Positions 47,571 to 55,733 of a DNA stretch of 64,000 nucleotides are shown here, one piece after another. The notes beneath the pieces were generated by a model. The model had not been told where the DNA came from. It ran no database searches and was given only the letters and a program-made list of their open reading frames with translations. This DNA is from a virus (lineage: Duplodnaviria; Caudoviricetes). The position numbers and the translations under genes were made by a program. Every line of letters begins with the position of its first letter. Positions within the stretch are counted from its first letter, which is position 1. The stretch covers positions 32,001 through 96,000 of the IMG/VR virus record IMGVR_UViG_3300017700_000721. One strand, written 5' to 3'.

Positions 47571-48070
47571 TAGCCGCTCGCGTTGGCGCCGACTTGACCG
47601 GTGCTCTTGCGGGCCAGGTCAGTAATCTCGCGCACCTTGCCGCCTGCGATCGGAGGCATATCCTTCTGGCGCAGAAGGGCCAGTAGCGTCGGGGTGTCAG
47701 CGTACCCTGCGCCGTTCTTCTTGATCGCTTCGGCCTCGAGGATCACCTTGTAGTAGGCTTCATCATCGTAGGTCGGGCGAGAAGGCTCCGAAGGGCGCGA
47801 CGGTGAACTGAGCACCGTCGACGTACCCAAAACTTCGAGCTTCGGTTCCGTCGGCTGAGCTGCGGCAGCCTGGGCTCGCTTCACCACGTCCTCGGGTGCG
47901 GGAAAGGCCTCGCCGTCGATCAGGTTCGGGATCGACAGAAGCTGCTCCTTGTCGGCCGTGATGTCGTCGAGGTTGGTGGCATATCCCAGATCGTCGAACT
48001 TGATGTTGCCGTAGGGCGTGATCAGCTCTTCGTTCCGAAGACGGTTGTGGCGGATGATGGGGGTTTTCAA
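47570..48070 (-). CDS. Hypothetical protein after the capsid gene
   Basis: TTG start with AAGGAG RBS. Confidence 0.6.
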   Translation of the reverse strand: MKTPIIRHNRLRNEELITPYGNIKFDDLGYATNLDDITADKEQLLSIPNLIDGEAFPAPEDVVKRAQAAAAQPTEPKLEVLGTSTVLSSPSRPSEPSRPTYDDEAYYKVILEAEAIKKNGAGYADTPTLLALLRQKDMPPIAGGKVREITDLARKSTGQVGANASG

Positions 48071-48088
48071 GCTTCAATCTCCTTGCCC

Positions 48089-48121
48089 AAAAGAAAAGGG
48101 CGGCCTGGTTAAGACCGCCCT
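48089..48121 (-). terminator. Intrinsic terminator after the major capsid gene
   Basis: Minus strand AGGGCGGTCT-taacc-AGGCCGCCCT followed by TTTCTTTT. Confidence 0.8.
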
Positions 48122-48144
48122 CCTCAATTTCAACGTGGGGCTTG

Positions 48145-49515
48145 TTAGCCGCTAGCCTTGCCGATGTTGCGGAAGACCACGTTCTTCTTCGGAGCGAAGA
48201 CGATCGGGGTTCCATACAGCAGCTGCATCCAGCGGATAGACGGGCTCACGATGGCGAGCTGCATCTTGATCATGGGCGACAGCTGCTTGAAAGTCAGCGA
48301 CTGCTGGGTGAGGTCGAGCATCAGGCCGATGAAGGTGTTCGGACGATACACGTTCTGATCGTTCCAGACCGTGCTGTTCACGTACACGCCACCGGACTTC
48401 GCGCGCGGGACGACGTAGCCGATGAAGTAGGCCACCGCTCCGTTCTTCTCGGTACGATAGACCTTGTAGGCCGTCGCCGGGAAGGTACCGCCCTGGTCCG
48501 CGATCGTCAGCGGAACCATCTGGGTCGTGGCAACCGTGACGGCCGAGCTGAGGGCCGTGGCCGCCGACTCGCCGTACTGGTTGACCGCGCTCACCGCGTA
48601 CTTGTAGTCGCCGGCGTCCGTGGTCTTGAACTTCGGCGAGGCCGTTCCGGTCGCCGCAGCCGGCGTGACGGTCGGGGTGTTCGGCGCCTTGGTCGAGTTG
48701 GCCGACAGGGGCGGGGTCGTGCCGGTCTTCACGAACGTGTCCGGCTCGAAGCCAACCAGGCCCGAAGAGGTCTGGACGCTCGTGACGGGCGTGCCCACCG
48801 GGCCAACCTGACCAGCGGAGAAGCGCTGATACTGGTTGTAGTAGTTCGAGAAGTCCGAGAAGACCTTGTTGTTCGAGAAGAGCTTCATCGGCACGCCGAA
48901 GTTCTCGGCGACGAGGTAGGCTCCGAGCTCAACCTGCTCCTTGGTGAGCGGGGCGCCTTCGCAGTCGATGACGTGGCCTGCGCCACCTTCGATCTGCTTG
49001 GTGAGGCTGTTCCACTCGACCGGGACAGCATCGGCGTCGCCGTAGTAGAGGCCGTTGTTCGCCTTGCCCATCAGCCAGAGGGCGCCATTCGACGTCTCCT
49101 GGGCGATGATGTCGGCCGGCACGGTGCGCACGAGGGTCGCGGGGTGGTTGACGGCTCGGGTCGTGCCGAGGTACTTCACGAGCTGGTTCGTGCGCTCGTA
49201 AGTGCTGTCCTCTTCCTGCGGAAGCTCGCCGGACTGGGTGAAGCCGCCGCCCTGGCCGCCGTACTCGAGCAGGCGGTTGTATTCCTCGACGGTGGAATAG
49301 GCGTCCGTCTTCGGGATCATGTTCCACAGCTTGATGTTGGTCGCGCTGTAGGTGAGCAGCTTGAGCGTGGCTTCCAGGCTCTCGACTCGCAGGGCATCGA
49401 AGCCGGTGCCGGTCGCAGGCATCTGATAGCCGATGTCGAGCGCCTTACGCAGCTCGCCGAGGTCAGCAAGCGAGGAAACCCCGAAGCCTTCCTGCAGATT
49501 GATCTGACCTTCCAT
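48145..49515 (-). CDS. Major capsid protein, SPO1/Twort (Herelleviridae)-like type
   Basis: ALRVESLEATLKLLT, AYSTVEEY, VKYLG, YYGDA, QLSPMIKMQLA, LLYG..IVFAPKK; strongest codon bias; followed by a terminator. Confidence 0.9.
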   Translation of the reverse strand: MEGQINLQEGFGVSSLADLGELRKALDIGYQMPATGTGFDALRVESLEATLKLLTYSATNIKLWNMIPKTDAYSTVEEYNRLLEYGGQGGGFTQSGELPQEEDSTYERTNQLVKYLGTTRAVNHPATLVRTVPADIIAQETSNGALWLMGKANNGLYYGDADAVPVEWNSLTKQIEGGAGHVIDCEGAPLTKEQVELGAYLVAENFGVPMKLFSNNKVFSDFSNYYNQYQRFSAGQVGPVGTPVTSVQTSSGLVGFEPDTFVKTGTTPPLSANSTKAPNTPTVTPAAATGTASPKFKTTDAGDYKYAVSAVNQYGESAATALSSAVTVATTQMVPLTIADQGGTFPATAYKVYRTEKNGAVAYFIGYVVPRAKSGGVYVNSTVWNDQNVYRPNTFIGLMLDLTQQSLTFKQLSPMIKMQLAIVSPSIRWMQLLYGTPIVFAPKKNVVFRNIGKASG

Positions 49516-49563
49516 CTCTAGTCTCCGTAGATTGGCTTCGGGGTTTCTATCTGGTTGACCGGC

Positions 49564-50208
49564 TTACTGACCGGCCACCTTCTTCTGCGCGGCCGCCAGG
49601 TCTGCATCGCTGATCTGGCCGGTGGACTCGAACTTGATGGCTGCGGTGAGCCACTGGTTGCTCTCGGGCGTGTTCGGCCCGAAGGACTTCGCGAGCTGCT
49701 CGAGGCCGAACGAGATCTGGCGGCGGGCGGCGGCCTTCTGCTCCGGCGTCATCTCAGCGGCGGTCAGGGCCTTGGCCGGGGTAAGCGACTTGTTGAGCAC
49801 CTCGGCCGGCTGGGCCGTGATGGTCTTCGGGGCGGCGACGGTGCCGTCACCCATCTTCTCGATGGCCGCGGTGTTCGCGTCGATCGACTTCTTCAGGTCC
49901 GTGAGCACCCGGATGTTCGCCAGGTTGAACTCGCGACCGTTGGTGATCGACTTCGCCATCGCTTCGAGCGAGCTGTCGATGTGGGCGCCGAACAAGGAGA
50001 CGACCTCGTTCAGGAGGTCCGAAACCTCGAGGCCCTTCAGGAGCGGAGCCGAGGCCTTGCCCTTGAGTGCGTCGATCGACTTGTTCAGCACCTGGACCTC
50101 GACGGTCGGCTCGGCAACGACCGCAACGGCGGCCGGCTTCGCGGTGAGATCATTGATCGACTTGAGGAGATCTTCCTCGGTCACAACGGCGGGGGTGGCG
50201 GTGGACAT
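49564..50208 (-). CDS. Scaffold-like head protein
   Basis: Between protease and capsid; Ala/Lys-rich; about 7 repeats of [LM]xK[SG]. Confidence 0.65.
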   Translation of the reverse strand: MSTATPAVVTEEDLLKSINDLTAKPAAVAVVAEPTVEVQVLNKSIDALKGKASAPLLKGLEVSDLLNEVVSLFGAHIDSSLEAMAKSITNGREFNLANIRVLTDLKKSIDANTAAIEKMGDGTVAAPKTITAQPAEVLNKSLTPAKALTAAEMTPEQKAAARRQISFGLEQLAKSFGPNTPESNQWLTAAIKFESTGQISDADLAAAQKKVAGQ

Positions 50209-50212
50209 TGAG

Positions 50213-51016
50213 TTAGCTCCTCGAGTTCGACTTGTAAAGGGTATATTTCACGACCTTACTCGCAAGGTCATAAGACCAGGCAGGCTTCTGCTTCAAGACG
50301 AAGAGAATGGCTTCGTCGTTGGTAAGCGGCCGGGACGCGGTGTCGCTCTTGGCCAGGATCTCTTGCTGAGCCTTGACCACTTCCTCTGCCACGTGCTTGG
50401 CAAAGTCTGCCGGCAAGCCCTCCGTCCCAGCCAGAGCATTGTAGGCTGCGAGGCTCTTGCACATCTTGACGAGGGTAAGCGGGTGCACCGGAGCGGCTGT
50501 CACGGCGACCCCGTGGACGAAGGCCTTCACGATGTTGCCGTTGCGCGTGTCGCGGGCGATCTTGCCGTCGAGTGACAGGCCCAGGCTTCCCTGGTCACCG
50601 TTGACCGACTTCATGATGTTACGGATCTCTACCGCCTTCGGGACGTGCTTGTAAAATTCCCCTTCCACGAAGACGGAGGCAGAGTCCGGCGCGTTTGGAA
50701 AGTCCGACTTGCGGAGGGCTTCCAGCTTGGCGGGGGTGATGATCGAAATTCCCGTCAGGAAACCCACCTGGTCGGCAGGCTGACGGGAATGGTCCCAATT
50801 GACGAAGCCACGCTGGGCGGCGTACGACAGGTCGAGGGACTTGCGCAGGATTGTGTCACCCTGCTGATCGCGGTTCTCGTCGGAAGCAATCCCCTGAAAC
50901 CGCCACGGACCTTCATCGCCTTCAGGCGCGATGGCCTTGAAGAGATCGGCCTTAAAGAGGGCTTCCGAGGGACCTTCACCTAGGCTCGGGTCGGTCGAGA
51001 TTTCCGATGTGAACAT
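50213..51016 (-). CDS. Prohead protease
   Basis: FQGIAS...DQQGD, GFVNWDH, LGLSLDG, VAVTAAPVHP. Confidence 0.85.
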   Translation of the reverse strand: MFTSEISTDPSLGEGPSEALFKADLFKAIAPEGDEGPWRFQGIASDENRDQQGDTILRKSLDLSYAAQRGFVNWDHSRQPADQVGFLTGISIITPAKLEALRKSDFPNAPDSASVFVEGEFYKHVPKAVEIRNIMKSVNGDQGSLGLSLDGKIARDTRNGNIVKAFVHGVAVTAAPVHPLTLVKMCKSLAAYNALAGTEGLPADFAKHVAEEVVKAQQEILAKSDTASRPLTNDEAILFVLKQKPAWSYDLASKVVKYTLYKSNSRS

Positions 51017-51068
51017 TCAAAAGTCTCGCGAGGAGAGAAAGCTATCTCTTCACCCCGCGAGGCTTGTG

Positions 51069-52052
51069 TTAACATGGCGAGTCTGGACCGTAGATCTTCC
51101 GGATGGCGGATATTATCAGGAGCTCGTGGGCCGGTATTTCCTCGCCGTGACCATGACTTTTCAGCATGTCGGCAGAGGTTGTCAGCGGCGTGATTGAGGA
51201 TTGCCTCTTGAGGGACTTCTCCATCCTCTCTTCCATCGCTGAGGCCAGAGCTCTGTCAACCCGCGGTTCGTTCTGGCTCGCCATGTACAGGATACAATAG
51301 CAATGAGGGTGCACGGGCCCAATCGTGAATTGCCATGCGTAGGCCGGGACTCCCCAATTGCTGTTTCCGATCACGTCGGAAAGGCGGTACATCTTCGGTG
51401 AGCCGTCTGAGTTCGTGTGGAGGTCCAGGCAATAGTCACACGCGGCTGGCCTGGGCACCTTGTACACTAGCTCGTCTTCGTCCTTGTCTACGATTTGTCC
51501 TTGCTGGAAGTAGCTGTGAAGCTCGGTCTGCAAAAGACGGTCGATCTGGCTCGTAAAGGACTCTGTTTCGCCTGTAAGGGCGGACACTAGCTCGGTCAGC
51601 GCAGAGTTGCGGGCAACAGATCGGGCAGCAGCGTCTACAAATGTCCCTTTGACTAACACTGAACGCCAATCACGGTCAGCGTTTGCTATAGCCAGTCTGT
51701 ATTTGGATTGAACAGCGTCCGTGCGGCTTTCCAGCCAACGCTCGGTGTCGTTGCGCATCTGCGCAAGATGAGCCTTCTCTCGATCGTTCAGCTGGACGTT
51801 GTTATTGTAAACCCACTGGGCGATCTGATCCTTGCTCATGGTCTTCAGGGCGTTAGGGCCCAGAAGAGAGGCTACCTTTCCCGCCATGTAACTCTGCTCG
51901 AGCACTGTCATCCGAGACGTTGAGACTGCTGACGAGATGGCGGTCGGGATTGTCTGACCAAGGCCACGGCCAATTGTGTAGGCCGAGAAGGCGCTTCCTA
52001 GCGCCCTCAAGACCGACATGATGCGACCCTCGGTTTCCCGGCCGAGCAGCAT
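51069..52052 (-). CDS. MuF/SPP1 gp7-like minor head protein
   Basis: QTEL, ACDYC, GPVHPHCYC. Confidence 0.7.
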   Translation of the reverse strand: MLLGRETEGRIMSVLRALGSAFSAYTIGRGLGQTIPTAISSAVSTSRMTVLEQSYMAGKVASLLGPNALKTMSKDQIAQWVYNNNVQLNDREKAHLAQMRNDTERWLESRTDAVQSKYRLAIANADRDWRSVLVKGTFVDAAARSVARNSALTELVSALTGETESFTSQIDRLLQTELHSYFQQGQIVDKDEDELVYKVPRPAACDYCLDLHTNSDGSPKMYRLSDVIGNSNWGVPAYAWQFTIGPVHPHCYCILYMASQNEPRVDRALASAMEERMEKSLKRQSSITPLTTSADMLKSHGHGEEIPAHELLIISAIRKIYGPDSPC

Positions 52053-52388
52053 TTAGGCTGCCATCATCTGGTGGCGTCGACGATCGTTCACCAATGACAG
52101 GATGGCTTCGGCCTCTCCCACACCGGCGCCCAGGTCTCCGGACTTTGTGGTTGCGATGATTGTCCCACGACAGTTCTCCAGCTTCAGGTCCGGGAAGTGC
52201 ACCCGTATTCCCTTCGCGGTCGGGATCCAGAGCACGTGCTCTCGCTGGTGCGGCTTGACCTGGTGTCCGCGCGCGATCCTGCGGGTGAACGGGTTCAAGA
52301 ACCTGTCCATCGGACTGTATCGCTCGGGTACGAGACCGCGGTCCTTCATGTAGGACAGCAACTCGATAAACTTCTGTTCAACACTCAT
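52053..52388 (-). CDS. Hypothetical protein
   Basis: 111-aa ORF tightly coupled to its neighbours. Confidence 0.55.
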   Translation of the reverse strand: MSVEQKFIELLSYMKDRGLVPERYSPMDRFLNPFTRRIARGHQVKPHQREHVLWIPTAKGIRVHFPDLKLENCRGTIIATTKSGDLGAGVGEAEAILSLVNDRRRHQMMAA

Positions 52389-52555
52389 GTGTCGGACTCC
52401 AGCTCAGGATCTTCAATAACTTCTTCCAGTCTTCCGCCCATAGCAAGATAGAGCTCTTTCGCCTTCCTCCAAAAGGCATCCGTCCACTTCGGACGTTCTA
52501 AACCCGCCTTCTTCAAGGCTAAGTTCCACAGTTGAGGGCTTCTAATCCAGCTCAC
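52385..52555 (-). CDS. Small hypothetical protein (56 aa)
   Basis: Not in track; manual translation MSWIRSPQLWNLALKKAG...FWRKAKELYLAMGG...; GTGA and ATGA overlaps at both ends. Confidence 0.65.
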   Translation of the reverse strand: MSWIRSPQLWNLALKKAGLERPKWTDAFWRKAKELYLAMGGRLEEVIEDPELESDT

Positions 52556-53028
52556 GTCTTCTTCGTCAGCCTCACACGCTGCTCGCGAGTCACCGAGCCA
52601 CGCTTCAGGATCTTGCTGAGGACCTGCTCGTATTTGTTGTCGGTGTTGGCCACGATGCCCAGGTCGATGCAGCTGATCATAACCTCCTCGCCATCTCCTG
52701 GAGGAGAGTCAGGGGTGTCAACCTTGACCGCCCGGCAATAGACCTGCGGCGCTCGAACAACCGGCATATTGGTCACGTGCCAGATACCTTCGAACCCAGA
52801 GGCTTGGGTCTCGAAGACGGTGCCCACTCGACCCAGCCAATCGAGGTCAAGGTCGTTACCTTCGATCTTCTCGTTGTAAGCTGAGTTGTACTGCCGGACG
52901 TCGCCGAACTGCTGCTCTTCCCCACGTAGGTTCCGGGCGTAGTCATTGGGATTGATGGTGTCGGGGTCGATTGAACGATAATCGTGCTTGTTGAACCCCA
53001 TCGTAGCGGGATCCCAGTTCTTTGACAT
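52552..53028 (-). CDS. Hypothetical protein
   Basis: GGAGG RBS; TATTAT element upstream. Confidence 0.6.
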   Translation of the reverse strand: MSKNWDPATMGFNKHDYRSIDPDTINPNDYARNLRGEEQQFGDVRQYNSAYNEKIEGNDLDLDWLGRVGTVFETQASGFEGIWHVTNMPVVRAPQVYCRAVKVDTPDSPPGDGEEVMISCIDLGIVANTDNKYEQVLSKILKRGSVTREQRVRLTKKT

Positions 53029-53102
53029 CAAACGACCTCCATGATCTTCCTATAATACCCTCAGTCTAACCTTGTTAGATGCTCGAGAGGGCGGAGAGGA
53101 GG

Positions 53103-55721
53103 TTACTTGGAAATGGCTTTCCAGTTAAGACCGGCTCTGGTGTCCACCTTGAAGGGCAGAAAACCCGGAAGCGGCTGATGGAACTTCTCCAAGCTGATCT
53201 CTCGGACCTTCTCCACGAGTTCGTTCTTCACCACAAAGATGAGCTCGTCATGCATCTGCAGACCCAGGCGAACGTCATCAAAGGAATAATCCTTCCTGAG
53301 GGTGTTGAAGATCTGTGCCTGCCTAATCTTCAGGATCTCGGCGGCGGTGCCAGCGTTGTGATGGTGCCAGGCAGTCTTCCGGAAACCGTGAAGAGCAGGA
53401 CCGCGAGCCGTCTTGATCCCCGGTAGGTACCTGGTCCGGCCGAAGCGGGTTGAGACAGATCCCGTCTTGGCGGCTGCTGAGAGAATGTTCTCACGATACT
53501 GGTCAGCCAGAGAGGCACGGGCCTTGTATCCAGCAATGATCTTCGCGGCCTCTGGCATGGCGATGCCGAGACGTTTAGCCAGGATAAACTCCTGCATGAG
53601 GTACAACAAGGCGAAGTTGATCGTCTTGCCAGCCTGGCGCTTGTCTGGGTTATGAAGGTCAACGCCGGGCGCGGCAGCCATTACCTCGTCGTACATCTGG
53701 ATGTGAAAGTCTACCCCGTTGACGAAAGAGGCTGACAGCACTGGGTCACCTGACAGGCTGGCCCAGGTGACGTACTCGGCCTGGCCCAGGTCGTTAGACA
53801 GAAGGGTGTAACCCGAGGGGGCTTCGATCGTCTCCCGAATAGGGACAACCCGGTTCTGTAGGTTGGGGCTGTCCGCAGTGTACCGACCATGAGGTTGACC
53901 GTACTGGTTCCAGTTCGTCTGGACGGAGCCGGCGTTGGCGTAAGGCTCCCATTCCTTGAGCTGAGATAGAGTCGACTGGGATCCGCGAGCCTCCATGATC
54001 GCACCCGCGATCGGATAGCCCATCGCGTCCAGCGCCTGGAGGGTGTCGTCGTCCGTCGAGGCCTTCCCTCCCTTGCTGATGCGCTGGGTTGGGAGGTTCA
54101 TCACCTCGAACAGGATGCGAACGCAGTCGCCGGGCGCGTGGGGACGGAACTCCTCTCCGGCAAGCTCGTGACAACGAGCTACCAGCCGATCCGTCTCTTT
54201 CTGCTGAGCCTCCAGGTTCCGCTGCCAGGTCTCCTTGTTGACGACAAGGGCCGTTCGGTTCATCTCCTCCGTCATCGGCTCGAGGTTGTGCTCGATCTTC
54301 GACGAGTTCGACCCGGCTGGCAAGATGACGTCGAACTTCTCGATGCGGATTTCCTGCATGGTCTCATTATACTCTGTTTTGGACTCGGTGTCAAGTCCTA
54401 ATTTACCTTCACCCGCCCTGCGGATCTGGGTCGGATCTTCCACTGTCCTGTAGGATCCGTCCTCGCGGACTACCTTCACGATGCCGTTCTCAGTCCGCTT
54501 GACTTTCGCCGGATGCCACTGACCCTTCGAGTCACAAATCTCGACTTCAGAGTCGTCCGGGTACGCACCGGTTACAGTTCCAACTGTCAACAACGTATCC
54601 TCTCGAGGCGGGCGGCCCTTGAAAGCCTGAGCGTAGAGTTCCTCGAAGCTAGGCAGCTTGACCTTTGCTCCGTCTTCCTGTATATACTGAATAGTAAGCT
54701 TGAGGGCCTCGCGAGCTTCGTCGCGCATCCCTTCCCAACGAGCCTCAACCATTGCAGCTAACTCAAAAGATGCCTCCGCAATCGCTTCCATTCGTTGCCA
54801 TTTCGCGTTGTCGCGAATGGCTCTGTTGGCTGCGTCCGGAGACAGGTCTGAGACCTCGACGTACATCTCGCCCCAGAGGGCTGTGCGCTCCTCGTCTTTC
54901 ACCTTAGCCCTGTGACGGGCCTCAATCTCTTCAGTGCTCTTGTCTCCGGAGACAAGCGTCTGTAGGGCCTCCGGTGTGTACTTCCGGGCCTTCTCGGCGA
55001 TGGGCTCAAACCTTGAGGGGAGGGCATAAACCTGGGTTTGCAGGACCAGGCTAGCTAACGTCTCAGCTTCTTTCAGATCCTGAAAGGGCGAGGGGTCACT
55101 GTCTAGTGGGAACACCTCGTCAACCCAGAAGACCTTGCAAAGAAGGGCTGGGACTTGCATAGCCATTGCCGCGAAGCAGGTTGCATTGCCCGAAAGAGCC
55201 CAGAATGTCTGGGTCCCCTTCACCGCAATAAGTGACGGTACTCGCATTTTCCCGCTGAGGGCGTCGCTAAGCTCAGCAGCGTCAAACCCACCGTAGGTGA
55301 TAGCGTGCGTAGGTACAGTCGCTTCGTCGTAATCCTGACCAATGTCACCTTTTCGCATTAGTGACGGGTCTTGGTTCAGACGGCCGTGATCCCACGTGAT
55401 CTGGGCTATCACGCCCTTCACGTACTGATCAGAGATCTGCTTCAGGTTGTTGGGAGCGTCGTGTTCTTCCCGGCGAGCGTAATCCCTCAGAGCCTGCTCG
55501 TAAGCCCCTTCGATCCTCTCTTCGTGTAATGACTTCCTCATGAGGGACCCTTCGATGGCTCCCTCGTCCGGATCTGGAGGAGCTTCGTGGATGTCCCTCT
55601 TGATCAACTCCAGAACCATCGCCACCGTAGCTTTAAGGTCAAGCCTGGCTTGCTTTTCGAGCTCGTCTAGCGACTTGTAAGGAAGCTTACGACGCTTCAC
55701 CTTTAGCTTGTTGCGGGCCAA
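53103..55721 (-). CDS. Second family A DNA polymerase: 454-aa non-exonuclease N-terminal extension plus a 418-aa polymerase domain
   Basis: HGRYTADSPNLQN, motif A NDLGQAE, motif B RQAGKTINFALLY, motif C QMHDE; TTG start 12 nt after the portal stop with AGGAGAAG RBS. Confidence 0.9.
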   Translation of the reverse strand: MARNKLKVKRRKLPYKSLDELEKQARLDLKATVAMVLELIKRDIHEAPPDPDEGAIEGSLMRKSLHEERIEGAYEQALRDYARREEHDAPNNLKQISDQYVKGVIAQITWDHGRLNQDPSLMRKGDIGQDYDEATVPTHAITYGGFDAAELSDALSGKMRVPSLIAVKGTQTFWALSGNATCFAAMAMQVPALLCKVFWVDEVFPLDSDPSPFQDLKEAETLASLVLQTQVYALPSRFEPIAEKARKYTPEALQTLVSGDKSTEEIEARHRAKVKDEERTALWGEMYVEVSDLSPDAANRAIRDNAKWQRMEAIAEASFELAAMVEARWEGMRDEAREALKLTIQYIQEDGAKVKLPSFEELYAQAFKGRPPREDTLLTVGTVTGAYPDDSEVEICDSKGQWHPAKVKRTENGIVKVVREDGSYRTVEDPTQIRRAGEGKLGLDTESKTEYNETMQEIRIEKFDVILPAGSNSSKIEHNLEPMTEEMNRTALVVNKETWQRNLEAQQKETDRLVARCHELAGEEFRPHAPGDCVRILFEVMNLPTQRISKGGKASTDDDTLQALDAMGYPIAGAIMEARGSQSTLSQLKEWEPYANAGSVQTNWNQYGQPHGRYTADSPNLQNRVVPIRETIEAPSGYTLLSNDLGQAEYVTWASLSGDPVLSASFVNGVDFHIQMYDEVMAAAPGVDLHNPDKRQAGKTINFALLYLMQEFILAKRLGIAMPEAAKIIAGYKARASLADQYRENILSAAAKTGSVSTRFGRTRYLPGIKTARGPALHGFRKTAWHHHNAGTAAEILKIRQAQIFNTLRKDYSFDDVRLGLQMHDELIFVVKNELVEKVREISLEKFHQPLPGFLPFKVDTRAGLNWKAISK
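54366..54394 (-). promoter_or_regulatory. Perfect sigma70 promoter internal to the second polymerase gene
   Basis: TTGACA-CCGAGTCCAAAACAGAG-TATAAT-GAGACC-ATG (in-frame Met455 at 54359). Confidence 0.85.
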
Positions 55722-55733
55722 GTGCTTCTCCTG

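Noticed and set aside
8998-49521. Long plus-strand ORFs (8998-10056, 21277-22584, 22314-23621, 48142-49521 and others)
   Set aside because: They mirror well-supported minus-strand genes, lack motifs and RBSs, and are expected antisense shadows of GC3-biased coding sequence
54375-54402. LGLDTESK in the second polymerase resembling the ExoI motif MGMDTEAK of the first
   Set aside because: No ExoII/III follows, and LDT is simply the translation of the TTGACA promoter box
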